Shown: positions 23,493-31,924 of the stretch, one piece after another
Layout: every line of letters starts with the position of its first letter
Numbering within the stretch: the first letter of the stretch is position 1
Assembly (NCBI GenBank): GCA_035289325.1
Contig: DATDXM010000068.1
Location: 1 to 33,561, forward strand
DNA: 33,561 nucleotides
From: Candidatus Nanoarchaeia archaeon
Lineage (GTDB): Archaea > Nanobdellota > Nanobdellia > Woesearchaeales > JAGLXL01
Direction of reading: 5' to 3'
Made by a program: the position numbers and the translations under genes
Notes under the pieces: generated by a model
What the model was told of the DNA's origin: nothing
The model's input: only the letters and a program-made list of their open reading frames with translations
Databases searched by the model: none

Positions 23493-26351
23493 TTATTTTG
23501 AATGCTGCGTGGCATGCACAACAGCTGCCAAGAATGATTCTAACTGCACATATTCATCGCTGCCCTCAGTCATGCGAAACTCAGTTTCTCCGCATTTTTC
23601 GACCAGCTCTACTTTTTGGCGGTCGGTGATTTTTAAGTTCCAGATTTCACGCTGGATGTGCTTTATCATATCAAGGCCGCTCAAGCCGTGCTCAAGCATT
23701 GTTTTCAGCAGCTTGTTTCTTGCATCTATGAATTTGTTTGTGCATGCAAGCTCAAGAATAGCGAGGATGTCATGCGGACGGGCACTTGAGACAATGCTGT
23801 AAATACTGTCAACCGTAATATTTTTCTGAATGACGGCAATGCTTTGCAAAATGTTTTCAATGCGACGGCAATCGCCGCCTGAGATGTTGTATAGTGCGTC
23901 AACCACGTCAGGCGCTATTGTTAACTGTTCGCGCTGGGCGATTATTGTCACGATTGCAGCAACGTCATCTTTTGTTAATGGCTTGAAATGAAATACTGCG
24001 CAACGGGATTGAATGGGGTCGATGATTTTTGATGAATAGTTGCAATTGTGGGAAACAAAGCTATTTGTAATAAAATTATGGTCATTTTGACAAGTGATAT
24101 CCATCACTATATCTTCCTCGATTTCTTTAATTTCTGCTATTTCATTTAAAAGAAGGTTATCCATGGCCTCGATATTTTTTGTCCATTCGTCAAATGTCAT
24201 TTGAGAAAGGCGTGGAGAGTGTATTTCTTTCTTTTTCATTCTACTATAAACAAAATCTGAGCTAACACCGTATTTTCGAGCCGTTTCAAAAATACCATAA
24301 CCATTGTTGACTGCTTCAATCACTAACGGTGATTTTTTGCGTAATATCTCGACAAGATATTCTTTATACCTCAAATATTCGGCAGATAAACGTGCAAGCC
24401 TTATTTTATAGTGCTCATAGGCGTATCCGATTCGAGAAAAATATCTAAACATATTGTGATTATTTGCCCGTAAAACTAATTGAGCAGTGAAAACAGGAAC
24501 GTTGTCTCGTGTTCGGATCTCCCCCTTATCCTGAACTGCAACGTACGTATCAACTTCAAATTCTTTGAATAGGTCGCTGAGATCATCGTAATAGTTAAAG
24601 ATTTCATTTTTAAGGTTCTTTGCTTTATTTTGCCGTAAGGATACTGCGCCACAATTCTTTCTTTTCCATGAAGGTTTATCGGCATCACAGCCAAAAAGTG
24701 CTCGTAAAAATTCTCTTTTCACATATTTCGTCCCATTTTTAATAAAAAGTGGTACTCTATAGGGGATAACGACTTTATCACCTTTTGGAACGCCAAGATG
24801 TTGTAAAAGCAATGATAATGGCTTTGAATCAAGGCTGAATGAGGTGGTTATTCCATCGAATGTTCTTCCTCTAATAGTATTTGTAAGAGCTTTAGAAGTT
24901 ATCTTTGAATAATTTTTATATCCTAAAATCTCAAGATCTTTTTGAACTTCTTTTAAAGTTAAATCATTCCCTGTAAAATGCAGTCGAATATCATTGCGCA
25001 CGAGATGTCCATCCCCAAGCATAAATCCACAAAGCCGTGCGAGTGCACCAACTTTTTCTATGTCGTTATAGGTGATGCCGAGGAGTTCTTTTCTTGTCAG
25101 TTCCCCTAGGACTCGGTCAATTCTTCCACGAGCAACATTGTTCTCTGATTTTTTAACTGCAGAATAAGACATTTCTAGTTTAAACTCATTCTGAATAAAT
25201 CTTCTGATATCCATATTATTTCTTAGAACAATTGCTTTCTTATCTGTAACAAAAAAAGAGTGTATTTTTTTATTTCTACTCCGCCGGATATAACTTTTTC
25301 TCTCAAGCGCAGGAAGTAAATAATTAACGCCCATTCGCGTTAAACCAAGTGCTCGCTGTAGGTCTTGGCGTGTTATATTAGGATTATTCTTTATAATTGA
25401 ATATATCTCAAATTCTCGTGGTGTGAGCCCGTCTTTGATCTGTCTTAGCTCAAATATTCTCTTCAAGATCTGCTCTTTTGCTATTGAATGGAGCTTATTG
25501 AAATGAGCTGTATCGCCAATTGCTTTGAGACCGTCATTTGCTTCAGTTCGCGACAAAAATTGAACAAAATTGCTTACATTAATTATTCTAGTTGGACTAT
25601 TTTCAACAGGAGTTGTCTCAAGATTTGGGTATATAAGTAACCTATCGTTTTTAGTAAGCTTACCTGATTCTTTCCATCCAGCTACTGTGTATAATTGGTG
25701 GTCCTCTGTCACTTTTATCTTCCGCCCGCTTGTTGTTGTAATCTCTAATACTTTTTTTCCTATCGAAGAAGCTGGAAACTTTACTGCTGCAACTGCAATA
25801 TCACTTTTTATTGAATGTTTTGAGGACAAGTTTTCTATGTGAATATGTGGTGAATTAGATTCGTATTGATCAACAAAATCATTTATTTTTATCTCTCGTT
25901 CTCCAGGTAAAAGAATTTTAGTATCGGGTGTTACACAGCTCAAAATGAATCTCGCAGTTTTTGTGTAGCGTTCCATGGTGCGCCTCAATGCCTGCTGCGC
26001 TTCTCTTGTGAGTGCGTCGCTTTCGTCGAGGTAAATCACTTTGAACGGCATGGTGCTGAGTGAACGGGTTCGAGCAAAATCCTTGACTTTGACACGGACA
26101 ACATCGATGCCACGCTCGTCTGATGCGTTTAATTCGAGAAAATGCTGTTTCCAGTCGTCGCCATATAATGCACGTGCGATAACTAAAGAGAGGGATGTTT
26201 TTCCGACTCCTGCAGGGCCCGAAAATAAAAGATGAGGCATGTTTTTTTGTTCAACAAATGCCCGAATGCGGTTGACGATATCTTTATGACCTTTGATATC
26301 ATCGAATGTTACTGGGCGGTATTTTTCCGTCCACATTGCGTGCTCGTCCAT
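23493..26351 (-). CDS. rfcS: Replication factor C small subunit, interrupted by one intein (mature protein about 321 aa)
   Basis: Motifs are MWTEKYRP, Walker A GPAGVGKT and Walker B YLDESDAL, then ARFILS | intein | [15 protein letters not shown], followed by lid and collar regions. The start is set at MDEHAMW (26351) because TATTTAAA lies 22 nt upstream. The track start at 26411 would include the promoter. Confidence 0.95.
   Translation of the reverse strand: [952 protein letters not shown]
24045..25937 (-). mobile_element. 631-aa intein with a LAGLIDADG homing endonuclease and extra helix-turn-helix domains
   Basis: It begins with Cys ([11 protein letters not shown]), has block B VTEDH, and ends [21 protein letters not shown] followed by a +1 Cys. 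The LAGLIDADG motifs are [11 protein letters not shown] and [12 protein letters not shown]. A wHTH-like segment ([30 protein letters not shown]) is present. The DNA is visibly more AT-rich than the exteins. Confidence 0.9.
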
Positions 26352-26373
26352 CCGATGATGTGGAAAGAAGGGG

Positions 26374-26381
26374 TTTAAATA
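26374..26381 (-). promoter_or_regulatory. TATA-like box (TATTTAAA on the minus strand) for rfcS
   Basis: It sits exactly 22 nt upstream of the ATG at 26351. An adjacent CCTATAAT lies further upstream. Confidence 0.5.
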
Positions 26382-26518
26382 ATTATAGGCGAGCGGACTA
26401 ATGCACATCAATAAAATAATCTCGAACAGAACAAGGGCTGTTTTTACTTATCTCAAGCAGGATTGCCTGATCCTACTGCATAAGGCTATCAATTTGTCCT
26501 TCTTGAATCTCCTGAAAT

Positions 26519-26578
26519 AAAAATCCCAGCTCTAATTAACTAATCAATACCCCGCCCCTCGGGGCGGCTGGGATTTTT
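26519..26578. terminator. Nested inverted repeat: a 12-bp A5/T5-flanked outer stem enclosing a GC hairpin
   Basis: The outer stem is AAAAATCCCAGC ... GCTGGGATTTTT, with a 21-nt asymmetric bulge and the inner hairpin CCGCCC-CTCG-GGGCGG. It lies downstream of the PRC-barrel gene (minus strand). Confidence 0.4.
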
Positions 26579-26581
26579 AAA

Positions 26582-26624
26582 GTTGCAAAAACCCAATCAC
26601 CGCAAGCGGTGGGGTATTTGCAAC
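26582..26624. terminator. Long imperfect hairpin (about 17 bp)
   Basis: The sequence is GTTGCAAA-A-ACCC-AAT-CACCG-CAAG-CGGTG-GGGT-A-TTTGCAAC. It is the first structure downstream of the PRC-barrel gene stop on the minus strand. Confidence 0.4.
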
Positions 26625-26700
26625 AAATGAAGCTGTGCGAAAAAGCCGATAGTGAGCTTGCTTGCAAAATTCAGGATTACCAATTATCAGGACACATGGA

Positions 26701-26967
26701 TTATAAAATATCTTCTTCACTGACAACCATGTAATCACCAGTTGCAATGACTGCGGAAAATGGAATCAGAATATTGCCTTCTTTGTCTTTTTCAAGCTCA
26801 AGCTTTTCTGTGTATTGTGTTGGATTTCTCAGCACTAAATGAATGAGCTCACCAGAACGAACTTCAAAAACAATGTCGCCGACTTCGCCAAAGCGCTTGC
26901 CAGTTTTGCTAACGACAGTCTTGCCAATCAAATCGCGCGAGAACTTCTTATCTTTGTCGTCAGCCAT
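26701..26967 (-). CDS. PRC-barrel domain protein
   Basis: The start is set at MADDKDKK. LIGKTVVSKTGKRFGEVGDIVFEVRSGELIHLVL is a typical PRC-barrel core. The track start at 27054 adds an unlikely hydrophobic extension. Confidence 0.8.
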   Translation of the reverse strand: MADDKDKKFSRDLIGKTVVSKTGKRFGEVGDIVFEVRSGELIHLVLRNPTQYTEKLELEKDKEGNILIPFSAVIATGDYMVVSEEDIL

Positions 26968-26994
26968 GTTCAGGAAGCTAAGATGATGGGAACT

Positions 26995-27002
26995 ATATAA
27001 AG
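26995..27002. promoter_or_regulatory. Shared TATATAAA/TTTATATA box between the divergent PRC-barrel and endA genes
   Basis: It lies 27 nt from the PRC-barrel ATG (26967) and 44 nt from the endA ATG (27047). Confidence 0.4.
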
Positions 27003-27046
27003 TTTTCGACGGCCAGATGGATGGAAAAAATAAGAGCGAAAAGCTT

Positions 27047-27610
27047 ATGAACACGGCTTATGTTAATCGTGCAATGGTAGTAAAAAAGAAAAAAATTGAA
27101 GCAGCTTTAGGACGACAACAGGTGCTGACACAAAACAGCAATGAAGCACGCGAGTTATACAACCAAAGCAGGTTTGGCATTATCATTGATGAGCGAGTGA
27201 AACTGTCGCTGCTCGAAGGGCTTTATCTGATGGAAGCAGAGAAAATAACAATCAAAGACAACCTAGGCAAGAAAATAAACATGGATCTGTTTGTGAAACG
27301 CGCGTCAAAGATGGAGCCGCGATTCTGGATTAAGTATTTGGTCTATAAAGACATGCGCAATCGCGGATATATCGTAAAGACAGCGCTGAAGTTCGGCGCA
27401 GACTTCCGTGTCTATGACCGCGGTGTCAAGCCTGGTGAAGATCATGCACGATGGGTCGTCTATCCTGTCCATGAAAGTGAGACATTGACGTGGCAGGAAT
27501 GGGCTGCGAAAAACAGGGTTGCACATTCAACACGAAAACGACTTCTTATCGGCGTTGTTGACGAAGAAAATGATGTTTCTTATTGGGAAGCACGGTGGAT
27601 GCGGCCGTAA
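27047..27610 (+). CDS. endA: tRNA-splicing endonuclease, single-unit (alpha4-type length, 187 aa)
   Basis: KYLVYKDMRNRGYIVKTALKFGADFRVYDRG, HARWVVYPV and RVAHSTRKRLLIGVVD closely match M. jannaschii EndA as I remember it. Confidence 0.95.
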   Translation: MNTAYVNRAMVVKKKKIEAALGRQQVLTQNSNEARELYNQSRFGIIIDERVKLSLLEGLYLMEAEKITIKDNLGKKINMDLFVKRASKMEPRFWIKYLVYKDMRNRGYIVKTALKFGADFRVYDRGVKPGEDHARWVVYPVHESETLTWQEWAAKNRVAHSTRKRLLIGVVDEENDVSYWEARWMRP

Positions 27611-27620
27611 TACAGTAATT

Positions 27621-27628
27621 TATTTATA
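27621..27628 (+). promoter_or_regulatory. TATA-like box TATTTATA for the 27651-fen-trm5 operon
   Basis: It sits exactly 22 nt upstream of the ATG at 27651. Confidence 0.5.
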
Positions 27629-27650
27629 GTCATACTTTAACCCCCGCGCT

Positions 27651-28664
27651 ATGACCGTAGAAGATGATATTCTTGCATTGATGCAGTTAAAAGGGCCAGT
27701 GCTTCCTGCCGACGTGGCAAAGCAAATCAAAACGAATATTCTCCTCGCATCGGCATATTTATCCGAAATCGCGAGCAGAAAAAAATTAAAAATATCCTCG
27801 CTAAAAGTCGGAGGCAGCCCAGTCTATTTTCTTCAAGGGCAGGAAGAAAAACTTGAAAAGTTTGCAAGCAACCTGAACGAGAAAGATTTGAGAGCATATG
27901 ACATGCTGAAGCAAAAGAGAGTGCTGCGTGACAGCCATATGACGCCCCTGATGCGTGTTGCATTGCGCAGCATCAAGGATTTTGCAGTGCCGATCAACGT
28001 CACTTTCGGAAATTCACAAGAGCTTTTTTGGAAGTGGATCACCACAACAGAAACTGAAGTGAACAAACTGATTCATGAAGAACTCGAAGGGCCGAAAGAA
28101 GAGTCTGTGCAAATTATTGAGAAGCCTGCGCCTGAATTAAAAGAAACAAAACGAAAGAAGAAAGTTGAGATGGTTGAGGTAGTTCCGTTACTGGATACAA
28201 AACGGGAGCCTGAATTGACTGAGCGAATGTCTGATGCAAAAATTCAAAAGAGTGAACTGTTGAAGAAAAAGAAGAAGGTTGAGTCTGCTCCCGATGATAG
28301 AACTGCATCATTTGAAGATCAAATATCATCGTTTTTTGAACAGAAGGGCATCGCTGTACTCAAAGAAGATATTATCGCCAAAGGAAAAGAAGCAAGCTAT
28401 GTCGTTGAGATTCCGTCAGCAATGGGCATGCTTCGCTATCTATGCAAGGCGCGAAACAAGAATAGCACAGAGCGGGACTTAAGCAGCGCATTTGTGGATG
28501 GGCAATTACAAAAAATGCCAGTAGTCTTTTTACATACGGGGAAGCTCAATGCAAAGGCACAGGCACTGGTAAAAACTGAACCTTTTAAAACAATGGTATT
28601 ATTCAAGCTTACCGATGGGAGTAAAACTCAAAGATCTGGCAGTCTCAAAACAGATTACGCTTGA
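27651..28664 (+). CDS. Hypothetical protein: N-terminal winged-helix-like domain, K/E-rich linker, C-terminal alpha/beta domain
   Basis: The 337-aa ORF has coding-like composition. Its 3' end overlaps the fen start by 50 nt. I recognise no family motif. Confidence 0.65.
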   Translation: MTVEDDILALMQLKGPVLPADVAKQIKTNILLASAYLSEIASRKKLKISSLKVGGSPVYFLQGQEEKLEKFASNLNEKDLRAYDMLKQKRVLRDSHMTPLMRVALRSIKDFAVPINVTFGNSQELFWKWITTTETEVNKLIHEELEGPKEESVQIIEKPAPELKETKRKKKVEMVEVVPLLDTKREPELTERMSDAKIQKSELLKKKKKVESAPDDRTASFEDQISSFFEQKGIAVLKEDIIAKGKEASYVVEIPSAMGMLRYLCKARNKNSTERDLSSAFVDGQLQKMPVVFLHTGKLNAKAQALVKTEPFKTMVLFKLTDGSKTQRSGSLKTDYA

Positions 28665-29646
28665 TGAGTTACACGGCAAGATTCTTGCAGTTGATGCATT
28701 TAACACCATCTATCAGTTTCTGACAACGATCGTGCAGCGTGATGGCAAGCCGCTTGTCAATCATGATGGGCATGTTACGAGCCACCTGAATGGTTTATTT
28801 TACCGCTGCACAAAGTTTATGGAGCATGGATTAAAGCTTGTTTTTGTATTTGATGGCAAACCGCCAGCGCTCAAGTCACATGAGATTGCACGACGAGTGG
28901 AACTGAAGATGGACGCGGCGCAGAAGCATAAAGAAGCTGAAGAGAAAGGTGATATTGAAGGAATGAAAAAGTATGCGGTGCGCACGGCGCGGCTAACAAC
29001 TGAGATGATTGAAGAAAGCAAGCAGCTGCTTGCGCTGCTGGGCATCCCTATTATCCAAGCGCCAAGTGAAGGTGAAGCACAAGCAGCGTATATGACAAAA
29101 CAAGGCGATGCATACGCAGTTGTGAGCCAAGATTTTGACAGCTTGCTCTTTGGCTGCACGCGTGTTGTCCGTAATTTGTCAATTGACGGGCGACGAAAAA
29201 AAGCAGGAACACTGCTTTATACAACTGTTCAACCTGAACTGATTACGCTGAGTGATGTGCTCAATACGCACGGCATTGATCAAGACAAATTAATTGCGCT
29301 GGGCATGCTTGTAGGCACAGATTTTAATAACGGAGGCATTCCTGGCATTGGACCAAAAAAAGCGCTGAAGCTGGTGACGAAACATAATGAGCTTGCGGCA
29401 GTGTTTGAGGAAGCACAGTGGAAAAAGTATTGGGATATTGATTGGAAGGAGATTTTTGACACCATTAAACATATGCCCTGCGAGAAGAAATATACACTGC
29501 AATGGAAAGCGCCACAGATTGAAAAGCTGAGAGCGATGCTCGTTGAGCAATGCGATTTTTCGCCTGAGCGCATTGATGTGAAACTCAAGAAATTTGTTGA
29601 AGAACGCAAAGAAAAAGCACAGACTGGATTGGAGAAGTGGACATGA
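28615..29646 (+). CDS. fen: Flap endonuclease 1 (FEN-1)
   Basis: MGVKLKDL..GKILAVDAFNTIYQFL, VFVFDGKPP, APSEGEAQAAYM, VSQDFDSLLFG and GTDFN..IPGIGPKKA are all present. A C-terminal PIP-like QTGLEKWT is also present. Confidence 0.95.
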   Translation: MGVKLKDLAVSKQITLDELHGKILAVDAFNTIYQFLTTIVQRDGKPLVNHDGHVTSHLNGLFYRCTKFMEHGLKLVFVFDGKPPALKSHEIARRVELKMDAAQKHKEAEEKGDIEGMKKYAVRTARLTTEMIEESKQLLALLGIPIIQAPSEGEAQAAYMTKQGDAYAVVSQDFDSLLFGCTRVVRNLSIDGRRKKAGTLLYTTVQPELITLSDVLNTHGIDQDKLIALGMLVGTDFNNGGIPGIGPKKALKLVTKHNELAAVFEEAQWKKYWDIDWKEIFDTIKHMPCEKKYTLQWKAPQIEKLRAMLVEQCDFSPERIDVKLKKFVEERKEKAQTGLEKWT

Positions 29647-30644
29647 CGCTTGCGGCAAAAGTTGTGTTGAAAAATGCGGAGAAAATACGAATGCAGCTGC
29701 TTCGGAAAGGGCTGGTTGATGCACACTACCATGCACGACGGGAAGGGGATTTTTTGTATATTCCGCTGAAGAAAAAAGCTGCTGGAGTTGACTGTGTGTC
29801 ATTTGTTTTTGAGGAGAAAAAAGAGAAAAGCACGCTGGAGACTGAGCTTAGGAAAATTTTGAATGAGAAAGAGCTGCGGCAACTGCCACGGTCACAAGAG
29901 ATTATCGGTGACATCATGATTTTGGAGATACCAAATGAGTTGCGGAGAAAGGAAAGGGCAATTGCTCAGGTTTTTTTGAAAGCGAACAAACATATTGCAA
30001 CTATTGTGAAAAAGAGCAAGATACATTCGGGGATTTATAGAACGAGAAAGGTTACTGTGCTCGCTGGTGAGAAGAAAAAAGAAGCTGTTCATCGAGAGAA
30101 CGGATGCCTGATACGTGTCCATATCGAGAAGATGTATTTCAGCGCTCGCCTTGCGCATGAAAGGCAAAGAATTGCGACGCTTGTGAAACCAAAAGAGCAT
30201 GTGCTGGTGATGTTCTCCGGCTGTGCGCCATATGTCTGTGTCATCGCAAAGAAGAGCCGTGCGCAGGTGACAGGCATTGAAATAAATCCTGAGGCGCACA
30301 AATATGCTGAGATGAATGTGCAGCGGAATAAACTAGAAAGAGTTACACTTTACCAAGGGGACGTGCGGAAGATTCTTCCTCGGCTTGGAAAATTTGATAG
30401 AGTGATTATGCCGCTGCCCAAGACAGGGGAGGAGTTTTTGCCGCTGGCATTTACGCATGTCAAGCCGAAAGGAATTATTCACTATTATGTATTTTTGAGA
30501 GAAGAAGAAATAGCATCGTATAAGAAAAAGATTAAAGAGATGTGTGCTGCGGCGAAGAAAAAATGTAGGGTGTTGGGAGTTGTGAAGGCGGGACAGCACG
30601 CGCCGTATGTTTTTCGGATGTGCTTTGATGTTAAAGTGAGATAA
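29643..30644 (+). CDS. trm5: tRNA (guanine37-N1)-methyltransferase Trm5/Taw22-like (Met-10+ SAM methyltransferase)
   Basis: Motifs are EIIGDIMILEIP, VLVMFSGCAPYVCVIAKK, GIEINPEAHKYAEMNVQRNKL and FDRVIMPLP. The ATG at 29643 forms an ATGA overlap with the fen stop. A GTG at 29637 is an alternative start. Confidence 0.85.
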   Translation: MTLAAKVVLKNAEKIRMQLLRKGLVDAHYHARREGDFLYIPLKKKAAGVDCVSFVFEEKKEKSTLETELRKILNEKELRQLPRSQEIIGDIMILEIPNELRRKERAIAQVFLKANKHIATIVKKSKIHSGIYRTRKVTVLAGEKKKEAVHRENGCLIRVHIEKMYFSARLAHERQRIATLVKPKEHVLVMFSGCAPYVCVIAKKSRAQVTGIEINPEAHKYAEMNVQRNKLERVTLYQGDVRKILPRLGKFDRVIMPLPKTGEEFLPLAFTHVKPKGIIHYYVFLREEEIASYKKKIKEMCAAAKKKCRVLGVVKAGQHAPYVFRMCFDVKVR

Positions 30645-30774
30645 GTTTAAAAGCTCGTCGATTACTGTTTTTAGGTGCAGAACGCAGGGAATGAGTGAAC
30701 ACCCACTGAGACGAAAGTCGGTGAAGAACGGAAGTAACTTATGAGCGTGCACAAATTTTTTATTCGGATTAGAA

Positions 30775-31902
30775 TTACCCAAAAATATTAACATCTTCAA
30801 CGGCTTCTTCGCGGCTGCGGATCTTCTTGATGGACTTGTCAAAATCATCAGCTGTTATTTGCGCGCGCTCGGCACGGATTGCAAAGTAGCCTGCTTCGGT
30901 TACTGCTGCACGGATTTCTGCGCCGCTGAAGTTTTCCATCTTCTTTGCGACGCTGTCAAGCTTGACTGCTTTTGCCAGGTTGACGCCTTTTGTGTGAATT
31001 TTTAAAATATCAGCACGGCCGCGCTCGTTTGGAGCATTGATTTCAATGTGACGGTCAAGTCTGCCTGGGCGCAAGATTGCGCTATCAAGAATGTCTTTAC
31101 GGTTTGTTGCGCCGATAACTTTTACATTGTCCAATGGCTTGAAGCCATCGATTTCAGCAAGCAGCTGCATAAACGTGCGATTGACTTCGCGCTCGCCCGA
31201 TGTGCCGACTTCCATGCGCTTTGCTGCAAGTGCGTCGAGCTCATCAATAAACACGATGCTTGGCGCTTTCTGGCGTGCAAGATCAAAAATGTCCTTGACG
31301 AGCTTTGCACCTTCGCCAATGAATTTCTGCACCAGCTCGCTGCCTGCAACATGAATAAATGTTGAATTTGTACTGTTTGCTGCTGCACGAGCAAGCAACG
31401 TCTTGCCGGTTCCTGGTGGGCCGTGAAGAAGAATTCCCTTGGGCGGCTTTATGCCAATCTTCTTGAACAGCTCAGGCTTTTTTAAAGGCAGTTCAATAAC
31501 TTCCTGCATTTCCTGCACTTCAGTATGCAAGCCGCCCACATCTTCCCATGAGTCTTTTGGCTTTGTAACGATGACAAATTTTTCAACGGTGAATTTGTGA
31601 GATGTATTTATTTTTTGGACGACGTTCAGATTTTTCTGCTCGACAAGCACCTGGTCGCCTGCCTGGATTCCTGCGCAATCTGCAGAAACATTGCACAAAA
31701 ATTTGTTGCCATTTGGAATGCGGATGATTGCCTGGCTGCCAAGCATTGCAACGGTTTCACATACCATCAACGCAGGACTTTTTAATCTGCGCAGTTCCTG
31801 ATCAAGCTTTGTGACGGTGTCGCGCAAGACCTGCACTTCCTCTTCCAAAGGATTGCTTTCTGTGGTATAAGAATAAATAACACGATCGAGCTTATCGTCC
31901 AT
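30775..31902 (-). CDS. pan: Proteasome-activating nucleotidase-like AAA+ ATPase (PAN/Rpt family)
   Basis: It has an N-terminal coiled coil, an OB segment (IIRIPNGNKFLCNV..GDQVLV), Walker A GPPGTGKTLLARAAA, Walker B VFIDELDA and the second region of homology (ATNRKDILDSAILRPGRLDR). Confidence 0.92.
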   Translation of the reverse strand: MDDKLDRVIYSYTTESNPLEEEVQVLRDTVTKLDQELRRLKSPALMVCETVAMLGSQAIIRIPNGNKFLCNVSADCAGIQAGDQVLVEQKNLNVVQKINTSHKFTVEKFVIVTKPKDSWEDVGGLHTEVQEMQEVIELPLKKPELFKKIGIKPPKGILLHGPPGTGKTLLARAAANSTNSTFIHVAGSELVQKFIGEGAKLVKDIFDLARQKAPSIVFIDELDALAAKRMEVGTSGEREVNRTFMQLLAEIDGFKPLDNVKVIGATNRKDILDSAILRPGRLDRHIEINAPNERGRADILKIHTKGVNLAKAVKLDSVAKKMENFSGAEIRAAVTEAGYFAIRAERAQITADDFDKSIKKIRSREEAVEDVNIFG

Positions 31903-31924
31903 TGGGGCTCAAAATGAATGGTGA

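Noticed and set aside
26352-26411. 20-codon N-terminal extension of rfcS (MMCISPLAYNYLNPFFPHHR) given by the ORF track
   Set aside because: The extension would cover the TATA-like box at 26374-26381. RFC small subunits begin close to the (M)W.EKYRP motif, so the start at 26351 is preferred.
30680-30760. Possible C/D-box sRNA in the trm5/pan convergent spacer (AATGAGTGA ... CTGA ... TGAAGA ... TGAG)
   Set aside because: The boxes deviate from RUGAUGA/CUGA. The terminal D box is missing, the guide spacings (7 and 14 nt) are wrong, and the reverse strand has no boxes at all.
29280-30848. Minus-strand ORFs of 150, 170, 135 and 171 aa opposite fen, trm5 and the pan 3' end
   Set aside because: All overlap strongly supported plus-strand genes (or pan in another frame). 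None has family motifs, a promoter box or an SD.
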